Shown here: positions 1-12,895 of the stretch, piece after piece
Layout: every line of letters begins with the position of its first letter
How positions within the stretch are numbered: position 1 is the first letter of the stretch
Assembly: GCF_009914755.1 (NCBI RefSeq)
Contig: NC_060933.1
Length of the DNA: 64,000 nucleotides
Reading direction: 5' to 3' (one strand)
DNA from: the human T2T-CHM13v2.0 reference genome, Homo sapiens
The notes under the pieces: generated by a model
What the model was told of the DNA's origin: nothing
Databases searched by the model: none
The model's input: only the letters and a program-made list of their open reading frames with translations
Position numbers and translations under genes: made by a program

Positions 1-420
1 AGCCCATTCATCAGTTGAGCACACAATCATTGCGGACTGATTCTGCAATGTTGGACTCTCTTTCTGAGTAAGATGGAAGCCCTGCCCTCAGGGAGCAACA
101 GGCTGATAAAGAAGACAAGCATGCAAATAAGAGGAGAGAAAGTAAAGTGAAATAAGCAATGGTTCAGCATTTAATCTGATATCAAGAGCAGTGAGGAAGG
201 CGAGTTTAATTTTGACCTTAAGGTGGGGTCATGAGTCTATGTGAACAAGGCAGCATGTGTTGTCCTTGAATGGTGAGAAGGACCATGAGAGATCCTTTCA
301 GAATATTTCTCCATCATGAGGTCCTCTGAAGAGAGGGTGGAGATTGTGAATGAGATTCACTGACAGATGTGGCTAGATTAAGAGTATAGAACCATGTCAT
401 GGAGAGTCTTGAATGACACA
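1..420 (-). mobile_element. L2 LINE fragment, highly diverged
   Basis: cattca...ttgagcac...ccctgccctcagggagc resembles the reverse-complemented L2 3' end; boundaries approximate. Confidence 0.45.
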
Positions 421-424
421 GGGG

Positions 425-885
425 CCTTAGAGAGCCAGGTAACACATTCAAATGAAATAGTCAAGGGAAGTTTAATAAAGAAATATTTTACAAAGTTGTG
501 GGCAGGATTAAGGGAAATTAACAAGGGATAGAGTACTGTAGGGCTAGCAACAACAGGGAACTTTATTATCCTGAAGATTGGGGATGGAGAGGCTCAGAAA
601 CCTTGAGAAAAAATGGTAGCTATGGCTTTAGGATTGGGCCACCAATATGAGATGTGGCCTTAGGTGGAGGGATACAGTCTATACCAAGAAGGATAGAGCC
701 TAGCAAGGAGGGAGGCAAAGGAAAAAATGCTTTGATATCTCCTTCCCAAAGAGCAAACCTACCAGAAGGCAAGGGAACTCCTTGATCCAGTAGTACATGT
801 CAGCCCCAAGGGCACAAAACTGGGGAGAGTGGGGAGGGGTAGAGGAGAGAATGGATGTCAAGGAGCAAACAGAAAATATCCAGCA
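425..885 (-). mobile_element. ERVL solo LTR, LTR33-like
   Basis: Reverse complement starts tgctggatattttctgtttgctcc...tgtgccc...ggctgac, matching my recollection of the LTR33 5' end. Confidence 0.6.
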
Positions 886-1554
886 AGGCTAAATCACCAT
901 GATAAGACGTTTAGACACGAGTTAACTTCTTTGGTTATAAACCTGGTAATAATTCTACAGAGTAGGACTGTAAGATTCCCCATTTAGATTATGAACAACT
1001 TGAAAGCAAGGACTGGGTCTTCATCATTCTATTGTGCCTTACCTATGCTACATATATCCCTTGTATCTAGCATAGATGAGGCAAAGTAGCAACGTGAGAA
1101 TTTAAGGGTCTAGCAGTTAAACAAGGTTGATGTAGTTAAGCCTCAAATGTCATAAAAAAGTTTAGATTACGGTCTTTGGAAACCTACAACTGTCCCTTCA
1201 ACAAGAATATCAGGAGATGGATGTCAAAGTGCATGATATGCTAGTCTTGAGATCAATACAATTTTAGGTCAGCCCTGAGTATATGGACCAAATCTTGAAT
1301 GAGGGTAGAGTTTCGCCACAGCCATAAGGCATCTAATTGCAAAAAGAAACCTCAAAATGTGTCACTGGGGCTCAAGGGCCACTGAAATTTTAAAATCTAT
1401 TCTGTGGTGTGCTGGGCGTAGGTTGTGTTCACCAAGAAAGGATAAAGCACACCATGCTGGCTTCCTCAGCCTGTAGACAGCTGGATACTGGAGCAGATTT
1501 TTCAGGGGCACTTTACCCTGGGGATGAAAAGGAAAGAATTAGGGTGGCAGCTGT

Positions 1555-1785
1555 GTAAGAAAACAAGCCTTGGGCTTGGCATGTGCAGACCTGGGTTTGA
1601 GGCCCTGACACACTACACATGGCCGCTGTGACTGGCGACAAGTCTGTGAACCTCAGTGAGCCTGAGCTGTCCATGGGCTGGGGGGAGAGAATGTTTACAC
1701 CTCAGGATTATCATAGGTGTAAATGAAATACTGTATGAAGAAGTGGCTTATAAACGGCAACACATACAAACATAAGGTGTTATTC
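1555..1785 (+). mobile_element. MIR SINE
   Basis: cagacctgggtttgag...ctgtgactggcgacaagt...aacctcagtgagcct MIR core. Confidence 0.75.
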
Positions 1786-2444
1786 TGGCTGCTACTTCCT
1801 GGCATTCAACAATTCTTCAGCCCGCAAGCACACAGTAGCCTCTTCGAAAGTGAGCCCTGTACAATTCTCCTTTCCCTATAAGAAATAAAAGGGTAAATTT
1901 GAGCAGTTTGAGGGATGAACAAGTTATTTTATGACACATTTTTCATGAATTTTACAGCGCATAGGGAAGAGTAACCAACTTTTTGAAAGTAAATTTAATT
2001 TTTAAATCTATAGTAAAGCCAGGAAGAGCTTTTATTTGTTTATTTGCTTATTGTTTGCTTTATTCAAGTTACTATGTCAGCTTTGCAAAAATTTTTTCAT
2101 CAAATGCACACCATCACTGAATAATCATCTCCTTTTAGTTGTCATGTATCTCTACAGAATGTGTGACATTAACATCCTATACTAGCCTTCTCAGAATGTT
2201 GGAGGTAGGCCATAAAGATTTAGCGGTGGGAGATAATTACACTGTAGAAATTTCATCAGGTATGCTGAATGATGAGGTGCACTAGAATGTTAAAGCTTTG
2301 GTAGTTCTTTGTCAGGAGTCTTCAATCAACTGTTTTAAATTCTCTCCCCTTCATAAACTTCTATCTCCACCATGGTGATAGCAGTCAACCTTTGATAATG
2401 GCCAGATCCATTGGACTCTCTTTCTTCTTGGCATCTGTCTATGA

Positions 2445-2640
2445 GAGGCAGCATAATGTAGTTTTAATAACATGCTCCCTGGACAAGGATGGCCTAGGTT
2501 CAAATCCTAGCTCTGCCATTACAAGCGATATAACCTAAGGGAAAAGTTACTTTACTTCTTTATGCTGTGGCTTTCTGAGGTGTAAAATGGAATAATGAGT
2601 ACCAACTTCATAGGGTGTTACAATGCCAGGCACATGACTT
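2445..2640 (+). mobile_element. MIR SINE
   Basis: ggcagcataatgtag...cctaggttcaaatcctagctctgcca...tgtaaaatggaataat. Confidence 0.8.
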
Positions 2641-4050
2641 TATACTTTTTTTAATTAAAAAATTAATGGTGATTTCAGAAAATAAACAAGCCTTCTCTTT
2701 AACAGTGTTCTTGACCTCTATGAACAATTCCTTTTTTTCCAAATAAGAACTTGGAAACCATGCCTTTTCTTTTTAAATCAGCGGTTTAATGCATAGTTCT
2801 CTAGATAATGTTGCTTTCAAGATCTAAGATTGCTTCTAAATCTGTCTGCAGATTTTAATAATTATCATAAAAGATTATTTCACCAAACCTACAAACTACT
2901 CTATCAAAAGATCTAGACTTGAGTGCCAAGATGTCTGTAACGGGAAATTGGGCCACTAGCCATTTGGAATATATGAGAAATTCGCTTAGCTTCCTTACGT
3001 TTGAATGTCCCTAATGGAACCGCAAGAGGACATGCTGGGATTTGGGAACACAACTCCAGTGTTTTAAGGGATTAGGACATGCATAAATGTGTCCAGGGAA
3101 GCCAATGGGATTGTGGAATTCCTTCATACACATTCAAGAAGACATTCCTGCATTGCCTAAACCTGCTAGGTAGAATCAGTAGTTCAGCCTTATGCCAAGG
3201 AACTCAAAAAGGAGTGAATAACAGAGAGCTAAGAAAATGGCCTGAAGAGCAATTTTATTTCATGGTCCTCAGATTCTCAGCAAGCAATGAGAAATTATTC
3301 ACTATGAAATAAATATCATGACATCCCTCTCTGGAGATCCCTACACATTAAAAGGATGGAGAAGATCCCAAGAACACTGTAACTGCTTTCAATGATGAAA
3401 GCACTAATGTGGAAGGATGCACATGCCCAAAGCTGAGAATTAACAAACAGATAGATATCTTCAGCTTTGAGCTTTAGCATCTATCCACATTAGCACTTAA
3501 GACACCTCTCACCATAGACTCTTCTTTCTGGGCAGCTCCAGTCCACTTAACAAGCAATCATGATTTAAGAGAAAGGACACTGGGCCAAGACTCAGAAGAC
3601 CTGGATTAGAGGCCAGTTTCGTAAATTCACATAGTGGAAAAAGTATTTGTTAGAAAATTGAACTGTAAAGAGTATGAATAGATAGACTCAGATGTGAAGG
3701 TTATGCAGCTGCTTATCTCACAAATATGCCTGAGGATCTGTGATCCTTGCTGGCTCAGTTTATTCAGAGGAATCCGTGGTATTACTAGCCCCACTCTTAA
3801 TAAAAAATGAGAGAAGGAGACACAGAGGTGGGACAAACTACAAGCTCCCTATCACTGAAACCGTGGCAGAGAGGTAAGAGACACTCATGGACTTCTTGTG
3901 GCAAGTGGGATTCAGGCTTCCTTGGTTTTAAGGAGGCTTTGTGAATAAATGTTTTGCATCAAATAGGCCCTCCCTCTGGACAGAGGACTTAGATCTGTGC
4001 CTGCAGGTAGATTAGACGTCTTGAAGTTGCCCACACAGTGGATACCCAGT

Positions 4051-4522
4051 TGTGTTAGTTTCCTATTGCTGCTGTAACCAACTACAATGAACACATTAAT
4101 TTAAAACAAAACAAGTGCACTCTCTAAGTTCTGGAGGTCAGAAGTCTAGGATCAAGGTGCTGGCAGGGCTGTGCTCCTTTTGGAGGCTTCACACAAGGAA
4201 GCAAGGCCTTGCCTGTTCCAAGAGGCTTCCTGCCTGCCTTGACTCATAGTCTCTTCTTCCATCTTCCAAGCACTTCACTCCAACTACTAGCCTCACCACC
4301 CATCACATTTCCTTTCTGACTTAAACCCTCTTGCCTTTCTCTTACAGAGATCTTTGTGATTACACTGAGCATACCTGGATAAACCAGGATAACTTAGCAA
4401 TCTCAAGAGCCTTAATTTAATCACATTTGTAAATGTCCCTTTGCCATGGAAGTTATCATATTCTCATGTTCTGAGGATTAGGATGTGAACACCCTTGGGG
4501 GACCATTATTCTATCATACCCA
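4051..4522 (-). mobile_element. MaLR solo LTR, MLT1 (MLT1B/C-like)
   Basis: tgtgttagtttcctattgctgctgtaac...gttctggaggtcagaagtc...ttaatcacat...ggattaggatgtg...ccattattc. Confidence 0.85.
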
Positions 4523-5029
4523 TGGTGCTTTAGGGAGAAGGGGTCTCTCTCACAGAAAGTGTAAGAGCATCCCCAGTGGGGTTCTCTCTGCAAGTTAGGC
4601 TACCAGCAGGAAATGACTCTCCTGCACAGAGATCCACCAAGTGGCTCTCACATTCCCAGTCAGGACTCCCAGAACCCTACTCCTGGCAAGGAATCCCAAT
4701 AATTCCTAACAGAAGGATTCAGAGAGATCAATATCCTGAAGGTGATAAATCAGGCCACTAGCCTTACGGGCACATATTGAGTTAGGTCCATAGAAACTGA
4801 TTAACTTAAATGATACCTCCTAGGAAATGACACTAAACAAGATAATTGAGGAAGATAATCTAGTCCATAATGGACTAGATTAAAGACTATTCCCTTGGCC
4901 TTGTGGTGTCATTGTTAACACCTGTTTTCTTATTCAACAGAAACTATCAAGTGATATCAAATCAATGATATCCTGTAGGGTCAACACAGAACAAGAACTC
5001 AATACCCAGCATTTAATAGATTTTCAACA

Positions 5030-5074
5030 AGCATGCAAAAGATGCTGAGTCAATGAATGAATGAATGAATGAAT
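5030..5074 (+). mobile_element. L2 3' tail with (GAAT)n
   Basis: gatgctgagtcaatgaatgaatgaatgaatgaatg, the typical L2 terminal repeat. Confidence 0.6.
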
Positions 5075-6741
5075 GGTGTTCTAGAACCTTTTCTCTCATA
5101 ATTACCCAAACAATGATAATATTTTATTTTATATAATATTTTTAAACTTCCAAAAGTGGAAACTTGATTTAAAATGGAGATCAGTGGTCATCTGATAAAA
5201 TATATGCTATATACCAATGAAGTTATATGTTCACATCATGGGATAATGTATACATTTATGTGGGATGTGTGTGTGTATACACTTTTGGTATTTTATGGTA
5301 TTATTATCAGGAACTGGGGAATGCCTAATTTCTGCTCTGCTCTATAATAAGTGACAACTACATCTGCATATAGACCAGGAGTTTAAAATCACACACCTAC
5401 AGAAGGCAGACAAGCAACAAATGCAGGAATCAGGTAAAATGGAAAGTCAAATTGCAAAGTGGTAATTTCACAACCAGGACCAAGCTGGTCTCAATACTAC
5501 TCACTTCACAGGCTTGTGGAAAGGACATGCAACCATTTAAAATGCTCTGGTAGCCAACTAAAATAGCCAATAGAACATTTCTATGGACTCTATCATAAAC
5601 AACATTGCACTGTTTCCTTTATCCAGGTCAGGAGAGAGTTGATGTCTGGATCACATTCTGTGATTCTAAAAAGTAAAGAATTCTCTCCATGTGGAAGCCA
5701 GCAGAGTTACAAGAGAAGCTATAAGACAGGTGATTAATTCTTTTAAAAGCAGTACACCGACAAATCTAGGAGAAAACAATCCAATCTGTATTGCCTAATG
5801 GCCCAAAGCTAAAATGGTAGTGATCTATTATATGGGAGTGGAAGTGGAAAATAATGAAACTTGTTTTAATTATGACAATACAATTTCTACAAGGTAATAA
5901 AGACCATCGGATAAAACAATTATCAAGGCATGTGTGCACACACATTCAGTGTCATTAATTTATATAATGATGCAACCCTAAGAATTATACATTTTTTGAG
6001 GACAGAGATTTTGTTTTTTTTCCTATACTTTTGCAGTTCAGGATATTTACAATCTAGGTTCTGAGGTTAAGGTTTTAAATCATGATCAATGCTACTGTAA
6101 ATATTTCTAGGCCATATAAATCATAAAGTCATATATTGAGTAGTTTTGTAAAATATGCAACTAGAGACCAAAATGTCCCAGGTCTGTGTGTCTAAATGAA
6201 GGAAGATAGCTAAAGGGCGGTGGAGGAAGGATTACTGAAAATTTGCCCTCAAATTATTCATTCACTGACACTTAATTTTGAGCTCCTACTCTGCTTAAAG
6301 TATTGAATTTAACCAAAAGGTTGAAAGACTTTCTCCCCACAGTATGACCAATTTTCCTACACTATGTCTTTTTATTAGAGACAAATTAGACTATAGAAAA
6401 AGAGAATCCACTTTTACTTAAATATTTGATTCTTCAACAATGCAGATGAGTTTCTAGAAGCCTCTCCTTTGGGTACAATGCAGCATTTTCAACCAACTGG
6501 GCATCGTCGTAAATTGTGAGACTGTTGGCTGTTTTCCCTGTGACAAAATAGCAAAACTTGAAATAGGAAAGTTCTTTTGCTAAGACCCCATTTCAAATTG
6601 TAGTGCCCACCACTCCAAGGCCTTGTCCTATGAGTTCCTCTCCTCCAAACTCAAAGCTATAGTCAAAGTACAGCATTTTTAAAATGTTTTAAATTGTTAT
6701 TTATATGTTCTTCACCAATAACCACTTATGACCTGCCTTAC

Positions 6742-6760
6742 CCATAAGAAAGGGCTTATC
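6742..6760 (-). other. Candidate 19-nt microexon
   Basis: Minus strand: long T-rich tract ...tttttgcttttgtttactttcag|GATAAGCCCTTTCTTATGG|gtaagg; splice signals only, no transcript evidence. Confidence 0.4.
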
Positions 6761-6845
6761 CTGAAAGTAAACAAAAGCAAAAATTAAAACAAAATAAAAA
6801 AAAAAGAGTGGTGTGTTAGAAGAGGCAGTTTCAAACACAAATCTT

Positions 6846-6847
<2 letters not shown>

Positions 6848-6880
<33 letters not shown>
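6848..6880 (+). repeat. (CA)n microsatellite
   Basis: Uninterrupted run of about 16 CA units. Confidence 0.97.
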
Positions 6881-6881
<1 letters not shown>

Positions 6882-7491
6882 GAAAACAATTAATACATCA
6901 GAGAATTCTGCCAGGCTTTTGTAGCATTACAGGGCTTCTCAGCTATAAAGAAACATATTGAATGTTTAGAGCACAGCCCCTTCCTCGCTGCTTCAGTTGT
7001 TTCCTTTTGTTTACAAGTCCCTGCCATCTTTCTTTGTGAATTGAATGCTAAACTATCTCTGGAGAGATGTTATATTGCTTACAGAATGCTTCAGCAGATG
7101 GTGTTTCCTGTTGGAACAGAAGGCTGTGATTATACCTGAACTCTTCAAGAACTCTAACACTGAAAAACAAGATAAATGAAAGTCTTCAAAAGTTTTATTT
7201 CTTCCCTTACCAGCCATCTAGATGCTCAGCCACCCACTGGCCCCGCTCTGTCACTACAGCCAATAGAGGTGGATCTCCCCACTCTATCCTATCTCCTCCC
7301 CACCAAGGACATTTTTTTTAATGGCTTACGCATCCCATCAGCAGAGTTTGTTTAAGAATTATTGAGAGTATTGCTCATTCGGATGCCTGGTCACTGTGCA
7401 TTCAGATATTCGAAAGCCCCATTATAAACAATAAAGAAAAGAGAATATATCTTCATCAGGAAGTGTCTATAAAAACAAATTGAAATACAGA

Positions 7492-7512
7492 GCAGGCCAC
7501 CTGGTGCCAAAA
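7492..7512 (-). promoter_or_regulatory. Possible CTCF motif
   Basis: Minus strand tggcaccaggtggcct resembles the CTCF core CCASYAGRKGGC with a mismatch; motif match only. Confidence 0.25.
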
Positions 7513-7814
7513 GTTCAGGGTTATAGAGAAATTTATCTCCACACATTTTGAGATAAATTGTCCTTCTCAAAAGACCCTCCCACACAGCACTGCGGTCATA
7601 TTTGAAGCTGAACAGCACTTCCTGGAGAGTGTCAAGCACTTGCCACTTTATCCTTGGAGCTCTTTTCTATTTTTCGCTTCCTAAATGTCTTTCCTGCATT
7701 TCCTGCCATGATCTGTTTAGTTCACTGTCCAAAGCAAAGGGTAATTCCTCGTTTGTCTTATTTTCTCTCTGCCTACCAGGGAAACATATCATGGTATAAC
7801 AGAAGAGAGGCCAC

Positions 7815-7832
7815 AAAAAAAAAAAAAAAAAA
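7815..7832 (+). repeat. Poly(A) tract
   Basis: Mononucleotide A run. Confidence 0.9.
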
Positions 7833-8429
7833 GAAACACATACATACATAGTTACTTCATAAATATAAATGGGAAAATAGGCAAGGTTCCTCTTTACAGA
7901 CCCACCATCACACATGGCATCATGAAGCTTTAAACCCTTACTTTCTGTGATCCCCAAATCTGGCCCTCCAATATCCCAGTGATTATGCAGAGAGCCAAGA
8001 CCTCTGCCCTGTTTTAATACTCTCATCATATAACTATATAACGTATAATACTCTCAGTCCTCTCATCATATAACAATGGGTGATAAAGCCTCAAGCAGTT
8101 AGTAGCCAAAGTGATATATGACTCTCAACCCTCTGATGAAATCCACAGCAGGGAATTTCAGAACCAGACTATTCAAACAACCCTCTAGTTCAGGTCCCTC
8201 ATTTTTCTAGATAAAACTAAACTCAAAACTGTCCTTGATCTGCTTAAAACCATTGAGCCAAGAGAGCCCTAGAACTTAAGTCTAGTCGTTAAACATATTA
8301 TCAGCTCTGTTGTTAAATATGCAAATCTTAATAAGTAAAACACTAAAAACTTCATTTAGTCTCTGGATTTGATCTCGTTTGGTTGCATCATGATGTCTAG
8401 CCACAATATAGCACACAGGTGCTTAGAAA

Positions 8430-8785
8430 ATCAACCAACGGCAGGTATTTACTAAGTGCTTTACAACCTGCCCTGCATCCATGGTCACCGTCAAGTTTAG
8501 GCACAGGGGATACAGTGATAATCAATTTAGATACTTCCATTGTCCTCATGTGGCTTATATTCTAGTAGGAGAAAGAGAAAATAAACTAGCAAGCAAGCAA
8601 GGTAATTTCTCATAATTGTAAATGCACCAAAAAATGAAATTGTGAAAGAGAGTGACTGACAAGTGGGCAGCATTGAGCTGGGGTTATATAGGGAAGTTTC
8701 TATGAAGAGATGACCTTGAGCAGAGAAAAGAATGACAAGATAGAGCCTCCCACACAAAGATCCAGAAATGAAACAGGCCAAAGAG
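8430..8785 (-). mobile_element. L2 LINE fragment
   Basis: tatttactaagtgctt...ggcacaggggatacagtga...tgtcctcatgtggcttatattctagt...gatgaccttgagcaga. Confidence 0.7.
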
Positions 8786-9080
8786 TCGCTCAGACCATTA
8801 TTAGATTGCACTTTTCTTTTTAAACCCACGAGAAACTGTGTGTGTCATTTAAGAGGAGCAAAAATGAAATTACTCCGTCATCCTTCCTCCAGAGAAATCA
8901 ATTCCTGCATCGAACATGCAAACCAGCCCACCCAAACCCTCAGCTCTTTCTTAACATTTTATCTCTATAAATAACATTTTCTATATTTATATATGCATAA
9001 ATAACAGTATATATAGAACATATATATAGATATAAACCATGTGATAGATGTCAACTTTCAACTTTCAGAACTATCTCCAC

Positions 9081-9392
9081 CAGCATTGCTCAAGAGAAAG
9101 AAAATGTGAGCTATACATGTAATTTAAAATATTTGAGTAGCCACATTAAAAACTCAGAGAAATCAGGTGAAGCTAATATTAATACTATATTTTATTTCAT
9201 CCAATATATCCAGAATATTAATATTTCAACATGTAACAATATGAAAAATAATTGAGATATTTTACCTTTTCTTAACTAAACCTTCAAAATCTAGTGTGTT
9301 TTTTTTAACAGAAAATCTCAGTTCAAAGTAGCTATCTTTCAAGGACGAAATAGTCGCATTTGACTAGTGACTACTGCGTTGGACAGTTCAGG
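9081..9392. mobile_element. hAT-Charlie DNA transposon, MER33
   Basis: cagcattgctc...gtagccacattaaaa...caggtgaa...gtgactactgcgttggacagttcag with degenerate terminal inverted repeats. Confidence 0.8.
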
Positions 9393-10044
9393 TCTATAGT
9401 TTGAATAGCATATTGCCTAAAAGTTACAGCGTTTCCTTATAATACGTTTCTTAGTTAACAACAAAATAGCCAAATATTTTTCTCATGCCTTTTCTTTTTT
9501 CTTTGCTTCTCTCAATATGTCCTGGCCTTATTCCACTTCATGTTTTAATACGATATTGAGAATATTTGGAAATTAAATCATTTATTATTTCTTGATACAA
9601 AAATGTTGCCCCCTCCTTATCATTTTTATCATCTCAATAAAGTGAAAGGCTTTACATTTCTAATACTATGCATTTGACACCTTCTATCCCCTACAAATAT
9701 AGAGGCCAAGTGTGCCTGTGTTGTCTAGCAGATTCTGTGCCATTACAGACAGAGCCAATAAAAAGGAAGTTTATTAAGAACAAAAGGCAACATGGTAGGT
9801 AGATAGTAGAGTCTGGGTTCATCCAACTTGGAAACTAAAAACCACAAGGAATGTCCTATGGGGCATATTGGAAAAATGTCTCCAAACTATACAAGCGGAC
9901 TTCCTTCTGTTCCGTGGTCCACCTGTGCTGCTGACTGGATGAAAAAACTCTAGAGTTGTGCATTAGTGAGGAAGAGTTAAGCTAAACCATCTGCACTCAT
10001 CCAAACTGCAGCATTCTAGAACAAGATGCTGGTAAGTATTTGTG

Positions 10045-10160
10045 TAGTGGAGAGGGAGCAAGGGGGGTGAAAAATACAACAAAGAGAAAGGGGGTGAGTA
10101 GGAGAAAAAGAAGGAGAAGGGGAGAGAAAAAGAGGAAAGAAAAGAAAAAGAAGAGATACA
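10045..10160 (+). repeat. GA-rich low-complexity tract
   Basis: Nearly pure purine run (gagaaaggggg...gaaaaagaaggagaagggg...). Confidence 0.8.
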
Positions 10161-11993
10161 GAAGGAATTATGAGTCACAAAGCAGACACAACTCTAACTT
10201 AACCTAGAAAAAAAATTCTCTTTCTAGTACTGCCACCAGTCAAGCGGGGGGCTTGCCCTAAGCCCTGATGTTTAGAGGCCCTGATCTGTCACTTCTCCAA
10301 GCATGACATCCCTACAGGGTAAAAAGTCTGAGGGTCCAAAAGGGCAGCCCACCCCACATGAAGCCTGTGCCCTCTTTTCCCCTACAGAGCATGCTATGGA
10401 TACTTGGGACTCTAGAATTAATTCTCTGCCATTAGGATGCTCGCTGGCCTGCTAGGCTTGTGAGGACCTCTTTTCCTGTCCATACTTATGATAATATGCT
10501 GAGCCACCTGAAGAGTGTCCAAAGAGCAGCTGACTGGAGTGGGGGAATGTAAAGGGAGGTTGGCAATTGCAGGCTGTCATGTCCATCAGCATGCATGCAA
10601 TGCCCCTCAAGCTTTGGGAGAAAGTCAAAAGTGGGAAAAGAAGGGGGATTGGACAGAGAGCCTCCTTGCACCTTCTTGTTCTGGGCTCCACAAATGTTAG
10701 GGTCTAGTGGACTTTCTCATGGAAGGCAGTCAGTTCAGTCACAATGACTATTCTACAGTTGACAATGGGCACCAACATGTCGGATTAGGACACCTGGTAA
10801 CATCCTCCATGGAAGGGTCATTCTGTCATTATGGCACTTTATAATTAGTGGTTGCCTAATTCATTGGGATTGCTAGTTTTAACTTCAATACACCATAGGA
10901 ATAGTGGGCACCAACTTCCCTGCTTCTCTAGTCATTGTTAGTGCTAGAGTTTATGCAGAAAGCGGGAGCTGAGCCAGGAAGCATTTCTGGCTTCAGAACC
11001 TGAAATCATAATCAAAGAGCTACCTGAAGTCCAGACGAGTCCAATCACAGTAGTCAACACACCACAAGCCTCCTACAGAATGGAGCTGGAGGGGAGTGAA
11101 AGTCAGAAGTCTGTGAGGCGAATCTGGAGAAATCACTTAAGAGATTCAAAAACACTATAGGAATTAGACTGAGAAAACTTAAAGACCCTTTTCACTTGGT
11201 GAGTTACTTTGACTTTTGGATACAAAGGTAATCAGAAAAAGAAGAAGCCTTGGTGTTTTAAGCATAGGAAGTCCTGAGACATATATCCATTTTAGGTTTC
11301 TTTTTTTCCCTGTATTTTTTTGGAAAATGTATCCTAGCAATTGCTTGCTTGATGGAGGCATGAATTATGCTTGCTGAATACTGATGAGTACATTTAAAAG
11401 GGTTCAGGGCTGAATGCATGAATACTCAGACAGTCGGCTGCTTCTTCCTAACTCATAATTCCAGCTTTCCCAAACATTAAAATCAAATGAGTAGGCTTGA
11501 AAGAATAGGAATGCATAAAACAGAGTCAAGACTTCATTCCAATTTGGGTTAGGCCAGGTATTCTCAGAGTAGCATCATAAAACAAAAGATCAAGGCAAAA
11601 GAGAATCTCAAAACTATCTCAGGTTAACCAAGTTAAGATCACTGGTTAATTTTTTTTAATAGGGCTGTTAATCCCTAAGAAATAGCAGAAAATTTCATCT
11701 ACAAACTACTTTGTATGAAACAACTAAAACTGTTCTGTGACATTTTCACTCAGTTACTTTTTTTTCTCCTCTAAGTTTCATATGAATTAAAGAAAAACAG
11801 AGGTCAAAGGGAGTGAGAGATATCAATCTCTTTAAATGCCAACTTGAGCTTTTTAATCCAATTGACATTCAGTCCAAATTGTCCTTATCTACAAAAGAAA
11901 ATGAGTTTATCCCTTATTGGCAGTGTAAGAAAGAAGACAAAATTTTGAATACCATTTGTTGTCTGTCTCCTTTATTTTCTGGCAACATATGCT

Positions 11994-12028
11994 TGTGTGT
12001 GTGTGCGCGCGTGTGTGCGTGCATGTGT
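11994..12028 (+). repeat. (TG)/(CG) alternating purine-pyrimidine tract
   Basis: tgtgtgtgtgtgcgcgcgtgtgtgcgtgcatgtgt. Confidence 0.9.
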
Positions 12029-12127
12029 TTTGTACATGTAACTCTCCAACCACTTTTGTGTTTCCTTAAAGTCTCCAAGAAGGCAGGTATGCATCACTGC
12101 AATCAGACAGCATTATAAATTCTACTT

Positions 12128-12261
12128 TTTTTAAAATTTTTAGTAGAGATGGGGTTTCACCATATTGGCCAGGCTGGTTTTGAACTCCTGACCTTAAGTG
12201 ATCCACCTGCCTCGGCCTCCCAAAGTGCTAGGATTACAGATGTGAGCCACCACGGCTGGCC
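12128..12261 (-). mobile_element. AluS left monomer only, flanked by TSD
   Basis: Alu left arm with AluS-type aggtcagg and ctactaaaaa; direct repeat aaattctactt at 12117-12127 and 12262-12272. Confidence 0.92.
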
Positions 12262-12895
12262 AAATTCTACTTCTTATCTTTAGACTAATATAAAGGTTTT
12301 TTCCGTTAATTACTAAGTGCCCCAACAACCTAACTGAAATCAAGTTCCATCTATACTAACTCCAGGCAACTAAATGTGGACAAATGGGTATTATTGTATG
12401 TGCTTAATGACTGACTCAGGTCAGACAGGAAAGAGAAGTACTTGATTTAGAGAATAGGGACAGAATTAAGTAGGCATTACACACTTCATGGAGTTTATTT
12501 GGTTTCATTATACATATCTACAGTTAGTCACCCAGGGAGAAAGGAATAAAAGAGGAGCGTGAGTTAGGTGTTTAAATTTGTTCAAGTATTACAGTAATGA
12601 GTTCCACAATTTACCCAAAAAAAGTACAGTAAGGCACTGCTCTAATAGCACAGCAAGCCCCATTAGTCACTGTGAGGAAAGCAAAGTGTTTTAATTCCTT
12701 CCCAACTGTCAAGAAGACAGGGAAGAATGCAGCGGTTGAAAGTGCCTTTGTCAAGGGTGTGATTTTTAATCCACCTAGTAATAAATGTGGCATTGGCTGG
12801 AGGGACATGAAAAGAGAATCTTTTCTTTTGTACATCATATCACCACCCCCGACGCAGGCAAACTTTGGGACATTATCCAGAAAGTCCTCACTTAC

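Noticed and set aside
7330-7393. Possible 64-nt minus-strand exon (gcacag|TGACC...GATGC|gtaagc)
   Set aside because: Pyrimidine tract far from the AG, weak exonic donor context and stops in all three frames
10230-10705. GC-richer segment with possible hAT-like ends
   Set aside because: Probably an old DNA transposon, but I could not assign a family or confirm terminal repeats
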